A DNA stretch of 64,000 bases from Occultella glacieicola. GTDB taxonomy: Bacteria > Actinomycetota > Actinomycetes > Actinomycetales > Beutenbergiaceae. The first letter of the stretch is position 1, and every line of letters starts with the position of its first letter. The DNA lies in contig NZ_SMNA01000008.1 in assembly GCF_004353825.1 (NCBI RefSeq), forward strand, positions 124,001 to 188,000, given 5' to 3'. Below are positions 30,765 to 41,233 of the stretch, piece after piece. Both the position numbers and the translations under genes were made by a program. The notes beneath the pieces were generated by a model. The model was not told the origin of the DNA, made no database searches, and saw nothing but the letters and a program-made list of their open reading frames with translations.

Positions 30765-30855
30765 AGCCACCGCCAGCGTCGCTGGTCCCGGAAAAAGCGC
30801 GCCGAGGCTCTCCACGAGAATCAGGCGAGCGAGCGGACTCCGGGAGGTGCGCCGG

Positions 30856-31581
30856 TCACGTCGCGTTCCACAGGTCGCGGTAGTACTCCAGGCGGGCGCG
30901 GTCTGGAGCGAGACCGTATGCCTCGATGAGCGCGTCCTCCCAGCCCGGCCCGTAGTTCCATTCCGTGCTCATGGAGGCGACCGCGATGTCGGCCCACCGG
31001 TCCGCGACGCCCATCGCGCCGAGGTCGACATGGCCCACCCAGGACCCGCGGTCGTCGAGGAGCGTGTTGGGGCAGCACGCGTCGCCGTGGCACACGACGG
31101 GCCGGTCGACGGCCGGTGGCTCCCGTAGGGGGTCCGGCACGCGGATGCCGCGGGCGGCCGCGTTCGCCAGGCGGGCGGGCACGCCCCAGTCGAACGGGCA
31201 GCCGTCGACCGGCAACGCCTCGTGCAGAGCCCGGAGTCCGGCGCCGACGGCGCGCACGGCACTCGCCGGATCCGCGATCCAGCGGGCCGCGACCGCCGAC
31301 TCCCCCTCGAGCGCGGCCGTCATCAGCCACTCATGCGTCGCGTCGCCACCCTCAGCGATCACGCGTGGCACCGCGGTGTACGAAGCGGCCCAGACCAGCC
31401 GGGCGGCCTCGGCCTCCATGGACGTCTCGGCGTTCTTGGGACCGTACTTGAGGTAGCGCCCGTCGTCCGTGCGGAAGGTCACCCCGCCGAGCCCGTTGCG
31501 CCACACGGGAGTCAGCCGTGCGTCGCCTGCGAGGCGTCGAACGGGCCGTGGTTCGGCAACGGGTTCGCTGGGGATCGACAC
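30856..31581 (-). CDS. aminoglycoside 3'-phosphotransferase-like kinase
   Basis: WRNGLGGVTF, HGDACCPN, DLG.MGVADRWAD, YYR.LW. Confidence 0.85.
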   Translation of the reverse strand: MSIPSEPVAEPRPVRRLAGDARLTPVWRNGLGGVTFRTDDGRYLKYGPKNAETSMEAEAARLVWAASYTAVPRVIAEGGDATHEWLMTAALEGESAVAARWIADPASAVRAVGAGLRALHEALPVDGCPFDWGVPARLANAAARGIRVPDPLREPPAVDRPVVCHGDACCPNTLLDDRGSWVGHVDLGAMGVADRWADIAVASMSTEWNYGPGWEDALIEAYGLAPDRARLEYYRDLWNAT

Positions 31582-31621
31582 GGCTCCATCCTGCCGCTTC
31601 CGCGGAAGCGCGGACCGAACC

Positions 31622-32026
31622 TCAGTCGGGACGAGCGGTCGAGGCCGCCGGGTCCGCGCCCCCGTCGGTGAACCCGAACCGACCCGTCGCGTCGAACATC
31701 GCCCCGCGCACGGCCACGACCGCGGCCACCGGCAACGGCCCGCCGTACACATGCGGGAACGGCTCGGGTGCGCCGTCGAGCGCCTCGACCCGCACGGTGC
31801 GCCCGGCCGCCTCGAGAGCCGCGACATCGATCTCGAGCACCACCAGGGGCTCCGGATCGTCGGCGTAGAACGCCTCCGCCACCCCGGCGACCTGTCGCTC
31901 GTAGGAGCAGTGCAGGTACCCGACCTGCTCGATCGTGGCGCCGCGGGTGGACACGGCGTACTCCCCGGTCGCGGACGCGGCGGCCCAGTCGGCGGCGTGG
32001 GCCAGATGCAGGATCGTCTCGCTCAT
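31622..32026 (-). CDS. DUF952 domain protein
   Basis: GY.HCS, FPHVYG..LP..AV motifs. Confidence 0.85.
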   Translation of the reverse strand: MSETILHLAHAADWAAASATGEYAVSTRGATIEQVGYLHCSYERQVAGVAEAFYADDPEPLVVLEIDVAALEAAGRTVRVEALDGAPEPFPHVYGGPLPVAAVVAVRGAMFDATGRFGFTDGGADPAASTARPD

Positions 32027-32130
32027 GCTCGCGAGCGTACGGTGCCCGACGGCGGAGCGCGCCGAGTCCGGTGGGGTCGCCCCGGTCGTGGGGCGAGAGA
32101 CGAACGGCCGGGTTCCGCCGAGCGGCCGGG

Positions 32131-32343
32131 CGCCGGGCCGCCGGCTTCGAGCGGGTTCGCCGGGCCGCCGGCTTCGAGCGGGTTCGCCGGGTTGCCGGCT
32201 TCGAGCGGGTTCGCCGGGCCGCCGGCTTCGAGCGGGTTCGCCGGGCCGCCGGCTTCGAGCGGGTTCGCCGGACCGCCGGCTTCGAGCGGGTCCGCCGGGC
32301 CGCCGGCTTCGAGCGGGTCCGCCGGGCCGCCGGCTTCGAGCGG
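32131..32343. repeat. 27-bp tandem repeat, about 8 copies (VNTR)
   Basis: unit CGCCGGGCCGCCGGCTTCGAGCGGGTT, near-identical copies, no spacers. Confidence 0.95.
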
Positions 32344-32414
32344 CGGAGCGCCGGACCTGTCCGAACAACGGGCGCCACGAAGGGTGCGCGCTGCGACCCT
32401 CCTAGACTTACCCC

Positions 32415-33557
32415 GTGACCGGTGACCCGACGACCCAGCCCGCCCCCGCCGTCGTGCTGCCCCTGCGCGCCGACCTGGTCGGCGAGGTGCCCTACGGCGC
32501 CCCGCAGTTGGATGTCCCGCATCTGTTGAACGTCAATGAGAACCCGTATGCGCCGCCGGCCGACGTGGTCGCGGACATCGCCCGGTCCGTCGCGGCCGCG
32601 GCCTCGGACCTGAACCGGTACCCCGACCGGGACTTCCCGGGCCTGCGTCAGGACCTCGCCGACTACCTCGCCGCCGAGTCCGGCGCCGACGACCTCGAGG
32701 TCGCGAACCTCTGGGCCGCGAACGGCTCCAACGAGGTGATGCTGCACCTGCTGCAGGCGTTCGGCGGCCCCGGGCGAAGCGTGATGTCCTTCGCGCCCAC
32801 CTATTCGATGTACCCCGAATACGCCCGGGACACCCTCACCCGGTGGGTGGCCGGCACCCGCCGGAGCGACTTCGGCCTCGACCCCGACGAGACGATCGCC
32901 CAGATCGAGAACGAACGTCCCGCCGTCGTGCTCCTCGCGAGCCCGAACAACCCGACCGGCACCGCCGTGGACGTGGCCACCATCGACGCGATCGCGTCGG
33001 CGACCACCGGCACCGGCCCGGACGGTGCCGCGACCGTGCTCGTGGTCGACGAGGCCTACGCGGAGTTCCGGCGCGTGGGCACCCCGAGCGCGTTGAGCAT
33101 CCTGGCCCGGCACCCGCACCTGGCGGTGTCCCGGACGATGTCCAAGGCGTTCGCATTCGCCGGTGCCCGCCTGGGCTACCTGGCCGCGGCGCCCGCTCTG
33201 GTCGACGCCCTGCAGGTGGTCCGGCTGCCGTATCACCTGTCCGCGGTCACCCAGGCCGTGGCGCGCGCGGCGCTGCGACACCGCGACGTGCTGCAGGCGC
33301 AGGTCGCGCAACTGCGTGACGAACGGGACGCGACCGTGGCCTGGCTGCGGGAGTTGGGCTTCACCGTCGCGGACTCGGACGCGAACTTCGCATTCTTCGG
33401 CCGGTTCACCGACCGGCACACGATCTGGCAGGGTCTGCTCGATCGCGGCGTGCTGATCAGGGAGACTGGTCCCAGTGAGTACCTGCGCGTCTCGATCGGG
33501 ACGGGCGAGGACATGGCCGCGTTCCGCGGCGCATTGAAGGAGGTGACCGGCCGGTGA
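32415..33557 (+). CDS. hisC: histidinol-phosphate aminotransferase
   Basis: [37 protein letters not shown]. Confidence 0.96.
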   Translation: MTGDPTTQPAPAVVLPLRADLVGEVPYGAPQLDVPHLLNVNENPYAPPADVVADIARSVAAAASDLNRYPDRDFPGLRQDLADYLAAESGADDLEVANLWAANGSNEVMLHLLQAFGGPGRSVMSFAPTYSMYPEYARDTLTRWVAGTRRSDFGLDPDETIAQIENERPAVVLLASPNNPTGTAVDVATIDAIASATTGTGPDGAATVLVVDEAYAEFRRVGTPSALSILARHPHLAVSRTMSKAFAFAGARLGYLAAAPALVDALQVVRLPYHLSAVTQAVARAALRHRDVLQAQVAQLRDERDATVAWLRELGFTVADSDANFAFFGRFTDRHTIWQGLLDRGVLIRETGPSEYLRVSIGTGEDMAAFRGALKEVTGR

Positions 33558-34231
33558 GCGAGTCCAGCCAGGTCGAAACGCCCGTCGAAACGCCGGTCGA
33601 GACGCAGAGCCCGACGGCGCCGGCTCGGTCGGCGCCCCGCACCGCCCGGGTGGAGCGCACCACGTCCGAGTCCAGCGTCGTGGTGGAGCTCGACCTCGAC
33701 GGCACCGGTGCCGTCGACGTGTCCACGACGGTGCCCTTCTTCGACCACATGCTGAACGCCCTGGGCAAGCACTCCCTGATCGACCTCACCGTACGGGCGA
33801 CCGGTGACATCGACATCGACGCGCACCACACCGTCGAGGACACCGCGATCTGCATCGGGGAGGCGCTGCGCCAGGCCCTCGGCGACAAGGCCGGCATCTC
33901 CCGGTTCGGGGACGCCCTGGTCCCTCTGGACGAGGCGCTCGCGCAGGCCGTCGTGGACGTCTCGGGCCGGCCGTACATCGTGCACACCGGTGAGCCCGAG
34001 GCGCAGGTCTATCACCTCGTCGGTGGCCACTTCACGGGGTCCCTGACCCGGCACGTGTTCGAGGCGATCGCGCTGCACGCAGGCATCTGCCTGCACATCC
34101 GCCTGCTCGCCGGCCGCGACCCGCATCACATCGTCGAGGCCCAGTTCAAGGCGCTGGCGCGCGCCCTGCGGTTCGCGGTCGCCCGAGACCCGCGGGTCAC
34201 CGGCGTGCCCTCGACCAAGGGCTCGTTGTGA
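33554..34231 (+). CDS. hisB: imidazoleglycerol-phosphate dehydratase
   Basis: [29 protein letters not shown]. Confidence 0.97.
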   Translation: MSESSQVETPVETPVETQSPTAPARSAPRTARVERTTSESSVVVELDLDGTGAVDVSTTVPFFDHMLNALGKHSLIDLTVRATGDIDIDAHHTVEDTAICIGEALRQALGDKAGISRFGDALVPLDEALAQAVVDVSGRPYIVHTGEPEAQVYHLVGGHFTGSLTRHVFEAIALHAGICLHIRLLAGRDPHHIVEAQFKALARALRFAVARDPRVTGVPSTKGSL

Positions 34232-34932
34232 ACGAGGGCCGGCCCGACGGCGCCGGCTCGCCCGAGGAGTTCGACGAGGCCGCGTTCGAGGCCGCCTTCG
34301 AGGAGGCCTTCGGTGCGACCGCCGAGCCCGACCGCACGTTCCGGCGTGCCGCCGACGCCGACGGCGACTCCGCGGAACCCACCGTCGACGGCGGCGCCGC
34401 GCCCGGGGCCGAGCCGCTCTACGCGCCGGACGGAGTCCGTAAGCGCTCGGTGGTGGCCGTCGTGCTGACGCCGATCACCTCCGCGCCGGCCCTCGCCGGG
34501 CTGTGCGCGATCGCCAAGATCGACGCGGACATCGTGCCGGTCAGGCGTGGCAGTCTCGCCGTGCGGGTGATCCCGCAGTCCGACCAGGTGGACCCGGAGG
34601 AGTTCCTCACCGGGGCACCGGCCGCGGCCGTCGACCTCGCCGCGACGCTGTCCCGGACCGCGAAGGCCGGAGTCATCCTGCTCATCTCCCGCCTGGGGGA
34701 GGGTGACGAGGGCCTCACCGGCACGATCAGCGGGCGCAGCTACGTCAATGGCGACCCGGGCGAGGAGGTCAGCGCCGGCCTGATCCTCGCGAACGCCGAT
34801 GACGTCCTGGAGAACCTGCTGCTCGGCGTCATCACCCCGGAGGAGGCCCCCGGCCACCTGAAGCCGGCGAACCTGACCCGCTGGCAGGCCGGCCGGCTGT
34901 TCGGGCGGACCCAACGGAAGAAGAAGCCGTGA
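34228..34932 (+). CDS. hypothetical protein within the his operon
   Basis: GTGA overlaps with both hisB and hisH; high-GC3 codon use. Confidence 0.8.
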   Translation: MNEGRPDGAGSPEEFDEAAFEAAFEEAFGATAEPDRTFRRAADADGDSAEPTVDGGAAPGAEPLYAPDGVRKRSVVAVVLTPITSAPALAGLCAIAKIDADIVPVRRGSLAVRVIPQSDQVDPEEFLTGAPAAAVDLAATLSRTAKAGVILLISRLGEGDEGLTGTISGRSYVNGDPGEEVSAGLILANADDVLENLLLGVITPEEAPGHLKPANLTRWQAGRLFGRTQRKKKP

Positions 34933-35549
34933 GCGCACCCGCGCCCACGGTCGTCGTCCTCGACTACGGCTCGGGGAACGTCCGCTCCGCCGTCCGTGCA
35001 CTCGAGCGCGTCGGCGCGCAGGTCGAGCTGACGGCGGATCCCGATGCGGTCGCCGCAGCGGACGGTCTGGTGGTTCCCGGTGTCGGTGCGTTCGCTGCCG
35101 TCATGACCGGCCTGAGGGAGGTCGGTGCAGCACGGATGATCGAGCGCCGGCTCTCCGGTGGCCGCCCGGTCCTGGGCATCTGCGTCGGCCAGCAGGTCCT
35201 GTTCTCCGCCGGCGTCGAGCACGGCGAACGCACCGAGGGCTTGGACCAGTGGCCTGGTGTGGTCGAGCGCCTGGACGCCTCGGTCGTCCCGCACATGGGC
35301 TGGTCCACGGTGACCCCGCCCACCGACAGCGTGCTCTTCGAGGGGATCGCCGATGAGCGCTTCTACTTCGTGCACTCCTACGCCGCGCGCACCGCCCCCG
35401 ACTATGCCCGGGTGACCTGGGCGACGCACGGCGTGGAGTTCGTCGCCGCCGTCGAGAACGGCGCCCTGAGCGCCACCCAGTTCCACCCCGAGAAGTCCGG
35501 TGACGCCGGTGCACACCTGTTGCGCAACTGGCTCGCCACCCTGCGCTGA
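34929..35549 (+). CDS. hisH: imidazole glycerol phosphate synthase subunit HisH
   Basis: DYGSGN, PGVG, GICVG, YFVHSY, QFHPEKS. Confidence 0.97.
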   Translation: MSAPAPTVVVLDYGSGNVRSAVRALERVGAQVELTADPDAVAAADGLVVPGVGAFAAVMTGLREVGAARMIERRLSGGRPVLGICVGQQVLFSAGVEHGERTEGLDQWPGVVERLDASVVPHMGWSTVTPPTDSVLFEGIADERFYFVHSYAARTAPDYARVTWATHGVEFVAAVENGALSATQFHPEKSGDAGAHLLRNWLATLR

Positions 35550-35605
35550 GTCTCCGGGCTGAGCCTCCGCCTCGACCATCCCCGTTGGAAGGACCCCGAT
35601 TCCCC

Positions 35606-36337
35606 GTGACCACTCGCCTCGAACTGCTGCCCGCCGTCGACGTCGCCGACGGTCAGGCCGTGCGCCTGGTCCAGGGCGAGGCCGGCTCCGAGACCACCTA
35701 CGGCGCCCCGATGGACGCCGCGCTGGCCTGGCAGTCCGGTGGCGCCGAGTGGGTGCACCTGGTGGACCTGGACGCGGCGTTCGGGCGCGGTTCGAACGCT
35801 GAACTGCTCGCCGAGGTGGTCGGCACCCTCGACGTGGCAGTGGAACTGTCCGGCGGCATCCGCGACGACGCCTCGCTCGAGCGTGCGCTGGCCACCGGCT
35901 GCCGCCGGGTCAACCTCGGCACCGCCGCTCTGGAGAACCCGGACTGGACCGCAGCGGCAATCGCGCGGCACGGCGACCGGATCGCCGTCGGGCTCGACGT
36001 GCGCGGCACCACCCTCGCCGCCCGCGGCTGGACGAAGGAGGGCGGCGACCTGTGGGAGGTCCTCGCCCGCCTCGACGCCGACGGCTGCTCCCGCTACGTC
36101 CTGACCGACGTCACCAAGGACGGCACCATGCGCGGCCCGAACCTGCACCTGCTCCGCGAGTTCTGCGCCGCCACCGACGCCCCGGTGGTCGCCTCCGGCG
36201 GCATCTCCAGCCTGGAGGACCTGTCCGCCCTGCGGGGCCTGACCGACCTCGGCGTCGAGGGTGCGATCGTCGGCAAGGCTCTGTACGCCGGCGCGTTCAC
36301 GCTCGGCGAGGCGCTGGACGTCGCCGGCCGCCCGTGA
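35606..36337 (+). CDS. priA: phosphoribosyl isomerase PriA (HisA/TrpF)
   Basis: [38 protein letters not shown]. Confidence 0.95.
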   Translation: MTTRLELLPAVDVADGQAVRLVQGEAGSETTYGAPMDAALAWQSGGAEWVHLVDLDAAFGRGSNAELLAEVVGTLDVAVELSGGIRDDASLERALATGCRRVNLGTAALENPDWTAAAIARHGDRIAVGLDVRGTTLAARGWTKEGGDLWEVLARLDADGCSRYVLTDVTKDGTMRGPNLHLLREFCAATDAPVVASGGISSLEDLSALRGLTDLGVEGAIVGKALYAGAFTLGEALDVAGRP

Positions 36338-37113
36338 GACCGGCGCCCGACCGGCTGCCCGACGGTCGCCCGCTGCCGGACGGCGGCGGGCGGTCCCTGC
36401 CGCCCACCCCGAAATACGCGGGGGACGACGGCGGCACCGACCCGTCGCTGGCCGCGGCGCTCTCGGAGCCCGACGGCGGCGCGCGCCTTCGTGCGGTCGT
36501 GCGCGCCCTGGGCGGGGCGCGGGTGCTCGTGCCCGTGGTGGCGCACCTGGAGGAGCGAGCCGACGCCGTCGGGCACGAGATCAACGGCCACGAGGTGCAG
36601 GTCGCGGGCGAGAAGAGCGCCTCGGCCGCGATGGTCACGGTGGCCACGCCGGACGGGCGCGCGGCGGTCCCCGTGTTCTCCGGGATGGCCGCCCTGACCG
36701 CGTGGCGCGCGGACGCCCGGCCGATCCCGGCCGAGGGGGTGCGGGCCGCGCTGTCCGCGGCGGCCGACGCCGACGGACTGCTGGTCCTGGACCCGGCCGG
36801 GCCGGTGCCGGTCCTGGTGCCCCGCCCGGCCGTCTGGGCGATCGGCCAGCAGCGCGAGTGGGTGCCGGCCGTCGATGACCCGGAGGTCGCGGAGGCGATC
36901 CGGGCGGCCCTGGCCACGGTGCCCGGCGTGGTCGAGGTCCGGGTGCAGCCGGGGGAGCGGGCCGAGGTCAGGGTGGTGCTGGGGTTGCGGCAGGGGCTGG
37001 ACCGGGCCGGCCTGGATCAGGTGCTGCGCGACGCGAGTGGCGCGCTGGCCGCTCAGCAGATCGTGGCCGAGCGGGTGGACTCGCTGGAGTTGCGGGTGGT
37101 CGGCGCGGGTTGA
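36334..37113 (+). CDS. SseB family protein
   Basis: [29 protein letters not shown]; coupled to priA. Confidence 0.75.
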   Translation: MRPAPDRLPDGRPLPDGGGRSLPPTPKYAGDDGGTDPSLAAALSEPDGGARLRAVVRALGGARVLVPVVAHLEERADAVGHEINGHEVQVAGEKSASAAMVTVATPDGRAAVPVFSGMAALTAWRADARPIPAEGVRAALSAAADADGLLVLDPAGPVPVLVPRPAVWAIGQQREWVPAVDDPEVAEAIRAALATVPGVVEVRVQPGERAEVRVVLGLRQGLDRAGLDQVLRDASGALAAQQIVAERVDSLELRVVGAG

Positions 37114-37334
37114 GACCGGTGCCACACCGGCCCCGGGTGGTCCGCGACCGCCCTCATGCTAAAGTTGGTCATTGACCGACCGGTCTCGCTTCGGCACGAC
37201 CGGTGTGCAAGCGGAGTTTCTCCCACCTTTGCTCGACCGGAACGGATCATGCCGCCGACAGGGTACGGGTTCAGGTCGAGGGTCCTGCCGGACCCTCAGT
37301 ACCGGCCGAGGCGATTCGTGCCGGAACAGACCCG

Positions 37335-37370
37335 AGGCCTCCGTGTGCACCGCACCCGGAGGCCTTTTCC
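37335..37370 (+). terminator. hairpin plus U-tract in the infC leader (attenuator-like)
   Basis: AGGCCTCCG...CGGAGGCCT followed by TTT, upstream of the infC RBS. Confidence 0.55.
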
Positions 37371-37417
37371 GTGCGGCGCGGTGAACCGACACGACTTTCT
37401 CTCGTAAGGAGCACCAC

Positions 37418-38017
37418 ATCAGCGAGCCCCGCATCAATGAGCGGATCCGCGTGCCTGAGGTGCGTCTGGTCGGGCCGAACGGTGAGCAGGTTGGCATCGT
37501 TCGGGTCGAGGACGCCCTGCGACTGGCTGCGGAGGCCGACCTGGACCTGGTCGAGGTCGCCCCCGAGGCGCGCCCACCGGTCTGCAAGCTCATGGACTTC
37601 GGCAAGTTCAAGTACGAAGCCGACATGAAGGCGCGTGACGCCCGGCGCAACCAGGCGAACACCGTCCTCAAGGAGATCCGGTTCCGGCTGAAGATCGACC
37701 CGCACGACTACGGCACCAAGAAGGGCCATGTCGAGCGGTTCCTCAAGGCCGGCGACAAGGTCAAGGTGATGATCATGTTCCGCGGGCGTGAGCAGTCACG
37801 TCCGGAGATGGGCATGCGCCTGCTGCAGCGGCTCGCCGAGGATGTGGCGGAACTGGGCCACGTCGAGAGCACCCCGCGTCAGGATGGTCGCAACATGACG
37901 ATGGTGCTCGGCCCGAACAAGAAGAAGACCGAGACCCGCAACGAACAGCGCCGCCGCGCTCAGCAGGCCGCCGCCAAGGCGGAGCCTGCCGACGCGGAGG
38001 CCACCGAGGCCGGCTGA
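37418..38017 (+). CDS. infC: translation initiation factor IF-3 (ATC start)
   Basis: AAGGAG-6 nt-ATC AGC GAG CCC CGC ATC AAT ([11 protein letters not shown]); DLVEV.P, MFRGRE. Confidence 0.95.
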   Translation: MSEPRINERIRVPEVRLVGPNGEQVGIVRVEDALRLAAEADLDLVEVAPEARPPVCKLMDFGKFKYEADMKARDARRNQANTVLKEIRFRLKIDPHDYGTKKGHVERFLKAGDKVKVMIMFRGREQSRPEMGMRLLQRLAEDVAELGHVESTPRQDGRNMTMVLGPNKKKTETRNEQRRRAQQAAAKAEPADAEATEAG

Positions 38018-38047
38018 CCCCAGCCGGCTACCAACAAGGAACAAGAG

Positions 38048-38242
38048 ATGCCGAAGAACAAGACGAACTCCGGTGCCAAGAAGCGCTTCCGGATCACCGG
38101 TTCCGGGAAGGTCATGCGCCAGCGTGCCCGCCACGTCCACAAGTTCCAGGAGCGCCGCGCCAGCCAGGCCCGCCGCCTCGTGAACGACGTCGTGGTCTCC
38201 CCGGCCGACGAGAAGAAGATCAAGAAGCTGCTCGGCAAGTAA
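38048..38242 (+). CDS. rpmI: 50S ribosomal protein L35
   Basis: MPKNKTNSGAKKRF. Confidence 0.97.
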   Translation: MPKNKTNSGAKKRFRITGSGKVMRQRARHVHKFQERRASQARRLVNDVVVSPADEKKIKKLLGK

Positions 38243-38277
38243 CGCCGCGCCCTACCACCGAGATTTAGGAGTACGAC

Positions 38278-38667
38278 GTGGCACGCGTCAAGCGGGCGGT
38301 CAACGCCCAGAAGAAGCGCAGGACGACCCTCGAGCGGGCCAGCGGTTACCGCGGCCAGCGCTCGCGCCTGTACCGCAAGGCCAAGGAGCAGGTCACCCAC
38401 TCGCTGACCTACGCCTACCGGGACCGCCGGGCGAAGAAGGGTGACTTCCGTCGCCTGTGGATCCAGCGGATCAACGCCGCTGCCCGCGCCAACGGGATCA
38501 CCTACAACCGGTTCATCCAGGGCCTGAAGGCCGCGGGGGTCGAGGTGGACCGTCGCGTCCTCGCCGACCTCGCCGTCACGGACGCCACCGCCTTCGAGGC
38601 GCTGGTCACCCTGGCCAAGAGCAACCTGCCCGAGGACGTCAACGCGCCGGCCACGCCGGCCGCCTGA
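38278..38667 (+). CDS. rplT: 50S ribosomal protein L20
   Basis: [28 protein letters not shown]. Confidence 0.98.
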   Translation: MARVKRAVNAQKKRRTTLERASGYRGQRSRLYRKAKEQVTHSLTYAYRDRRAKKGDFRRLWIQRINAAARANGITYNRFIQGLKAAGVEVDRRVLADLAVTDATAFEALVTLAKSNLPEDVNAPATPAA

Positions 38668-38701
38668 CCCACTCGAAGCACAGACACACCCGAACGCCCG
38701 G

Positions 38702-39577
38702 ATGATGCCCGATCCGGACCTGACCAACCCCCGCGCCGAGCGGGTGAAGGCGGTCCGGGGCCTCGCCGGGCGTTCGGCGCGCTCCCGGCACGGTCAGTTC
38801 CTCGCCGAGGGACCACAGACCGTGCGGGAGGCCGTCGCGTTCGCGGCCGAGCACGTCCGGGACGTCTACCTGACGCCGCAGGCCGCCGAGCGCTACCCCG
38901 AGATCGTCGACGCGGCCCACATCGCCGGCCTGTATCTGCACCTGGGCAGCCCCGAGGTGCTCGACGCGATGAGCCCGGACGCCCAAGGGGTCCTCGCGGT
39001 CCTGAACACCTGGGACACCCCGCTCGCGTCGGTGCTGGCCGCCGACCCGGCGCCGCGCCTGATCGCACTGCTGTCCCAGGTGCGCGACCCGGGCAACGCG
39101 GGCACCGTCATCCGGGCCGCGGACGCCGCTGGGGCCGATGCGGTGATCCTGACCTCCGCGAGCGTGGACGCCCACAACCCGAAGGTGGTGCGCGCCACCG
39201 CCGGCTCCCTGTTCCACGTCCCGGTCGTCACCGGGCTCACCCTGGACGATGCGGTCACCGCTGCGCGCGCCGCCGGGATGCAGATCCTCGCCGCCGACGG
39301 CGCCGGCGCCGTCGACCTGGACGAGCTCGCCGAGTCCCCGCGCTCCGGGGCCGACGGCGCCGGCGGCGCCGACCTCGCCGCGCCGACCGTCTGGGTGTTC
39401 GGCAACGAAGCCTGGGGTCTGGGTGCACCCGAACGCGCGCTCGCCGACGCCGTGGTCCGGATCCCGATCCGAGGCCGCGCCGAGTCGCTGAACCTGGCCA
39501 TGGCCGCCACCCTGTGCCTGTACGCCTCCGGCCGGGCACCCAGGCACCGCCGCCCGTGGGAACCGACCGAGTGGTGA
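38702..39577 (+). CDS. TrmH/SpoU family RNA methyltransferase
   Basis: DPGNAGT.IR.A.A.G, FGNEA.GL, ESLNLA. Confidence 0.93.
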   Translation: MMPDPDLTNPRAERVKAVRGLAGRSARSRHGQFLAEGPQTVREAVAFAAEHVRDVYLTPQAAERYPEIVDAAHIAGLYLHLGSPEVLDAMSPDAQGVLAVLNTWDTPLASVLAADPAPRLIALLSQVRDPGNAGTVIRAADAAGADAVILTSASVDAHNPKVVRATAGSLFHVPVVTGLTLDDAVTAARAAGMQILAADGAGAVDLDELAESPRSGADGAGGADLAAPTVWVFGNEAWGLGAPERALADAVVRIPIRGRAESLNLAMAATLCLYASGRAPRHRRPWEPTEW

Positions 39578-40230
39578 GCGGACTGCCCGCGGCACCGGAC
39601 GCCGTCGTGCCGTTGGTGCGGCGGGTCCGCGGCCTCGCGGCCACCCGCGACCGGGTCCTCCTCGGCGTGGTCGGCTCGCCCGGCGCGGGCAAGTCCACCC
39701 TGACCGATGCCCTCGGTGCGGCGCTCGAGTCGGACGGGCTCCGTTGCGCCGTCGTCGGCATGGACGGGTTCCACCTCGCGCAGGCCGAGCTCGAGCGCCT
39801 CGGTCGGGCCGACCGCAAGGGTGCGATCGACACGTTCGACGGCGACGGGTACCTCGCGCTGCTGCGGCGGCTGCGTGCGCAGCGCCCGGGTGACGACGTG
39901 ATCTACGCGCCCCGCTATCTGCGTGGCGCGATGGAGCAGCCGATCGGCAGCCACACGCCGGTCGCCGGCGACGTGCGGGTGCTGCTCACCGAGGGCAACT
40001 ACCTCCTCGCCGACGTCCCGCCCTGGCACCGGGTCCGTGAGGTCCTGGACGAGATCTGGTTCCTGCGCACCGACCCGCTCGTCCGGCGGGAACGGCTGCT
40101 CGCCCGGCATCTGGCGAACGGCAAGACCCTGGAGCGCGCGCTCGCGTTCACCGACGGCTCCGACGCCCGCAACGCGAAGCTCATCGAGGCGACCGCCGGG
40201 GCGGCGGATCTGGTCGTCGACTGGGACTGA
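39574..40230 (+). CDS. nucleoside/nucleotide kinase family protein (FrcK/PanK-like)
   Basis: GSPGAGKST, MDGFHL, RKGA..TFD, TEGNYLL. Confidence 0.88.
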   Translation: MSGLPAAPDAVVPLVRRVRGLAATRDRVLLGVVGSPGAGKSTLTDALGAALESDGLRCAVVGMDGFHLAQAELERLGRADRKGAIDTFDGDGYLALLRRLRAQRPGDDVIYAPRYLRGAMEQPIGSHTPVAGDVRVLLTEGNYLLADVPPWHRVREVLDEIWFLRTDPLVRRERLLARHLANGKTLERALAFTDGSDARNAKLIEATAGAADLVVDWD

Positions 40231-40245
40231 CCGGCGCTCGGAGCG

Positions 40246-41169
40246 CTACGGTCCGGCGGGTCGACGGGGAACGGCGACCCAGAGCACGAGCCGATCCTCG
40301 GGGCTCTCCTTGCGATGCTCGAGCGTTGCCGAGGCGCAGCCGCCCAGCTGCCGGGCCAGCACGCTGACGATCGACAACCCCAGCCCGGTGGTGCGGTCGG
40401 AGCGCGAGGAGTCGGCTGTGAAGAAGCGCTCGAACAGTCGGTCCGGGTCGACCGCGGCACCCGGCGGGAACGGGTTCGCACACCGGATCTCGACGTGGTC
40501 GCCGGTCGTCACGACTGCGACCTCCAGATGGCCCTGCCCGTGCTGGGCGGCGTTTCGGACGAGGTTCTGCACGATCCGGGTCAACTTCTCGCGGTCCGTG
40601 GTGACCAGGACCGGGCCGGGCGGGTCGAAGCGGACGTCGAGGCCGGCGTCCTCCAGTGATTGGGTCGCCGCGAGCAGGACGTCGGCGACCAGGATCGCGA
40701 CGTCGACCTCCTCGTGCACGATCCGCGGCTCGGCCTCGAGTAGGTAGCTGTACTCGTAGAGCCGTTGGACCAACGTCTCCAGTTCGGTCGCGTGCCGCTG
40801 CGCGACGGCGAGCTTGGCGCGCTGGTCGGCGTCCAGGTCGGAACGGCCGAGCAGTTGTTGGTAGCCGCGCACGGCGGTCAGCGGGGTGCGTAGGTCGTGG
40901 CTGATGTCGGTGATCAGGGCACGGAACCGCAGTTCGTCCCGGTGGGACCGGACCTCGGCGTCCCGGGTCGCCCGGAGAGCCTCGTCGGTTCGCACCGCGA
41001 GGGCCTCCAGCGCAGGGTTGATCAGGTCGAGGGTGATCGTGGTGCGTTCGTCGCCACGCAGGCGCGAGGTGAGCTGCCGGGTGAGGGTGCGGACCTGGCG
41101 CACGATCAGCGCCAGGTAGACCAGCACCGCGACGAGGGCAGTGGCGAGCAGAACGATCGCGGTGACCAC
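40246..41169 (-). CDS. sensor histidine kinase (intramembrane-sensing type)
   Basis: ISHDLRTPLT, NLVRNA, LFERFF, GLGLSIV; very short N-terminal TM input. Confidence 0.92.
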   Translation of the reverse strand: MVTAIVLLATALVAVLVYLALIVRQVRTLTRQLTSRLRGDERTTITLDLINPALEALAVRTDEALRATRDAEVRSHRDELRFRALITDISHDLRTPLTAVRGYQQLLGRSDLDADQRAKLAVAQRHATELETLVQRLYEYSYLLEAEPRIVHEEVDVAILVADVLLAATQSLEDAGLDVRFDPPGPVLVTTDREKLTRIVQNLVRNAAQHGQGHLEVAVVTTGDHVEIRCANPFPPGAAVDPDRLFERFFTADSSRSDRTTGLGLSIVSVLARQLGGCASATLEHRKESPEDRLVLWVAVPRRPAGP

Positions 41170-41233
41170 GGTGCCCTCCCGGTGTGGCTGTCCCCGGGCG
41201 CGGACGGCGCCCCCTGCGGGCCACTGTAGGGCG

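Noticed and set aside
29898..31128. ORFs 29898-30815(-), 30147-30929(+), 30295-31128(+)
   Set aside because: Arg/Ala/Gly-rich translations of repeat DNA; repeat spacing breaks frame; no RBS or motifs
30856..31581. Acquired clinical aminoglycoside resistance gene
   Set aside because: Host-like composition and no mobile flanks; resembles chromosomal actinobacterial APH-like kinases with unproven substrate
32131..32343. CRISPR array
   Set aside because: Head-to-tail repeats with no unique spacers; no cas genes in the window
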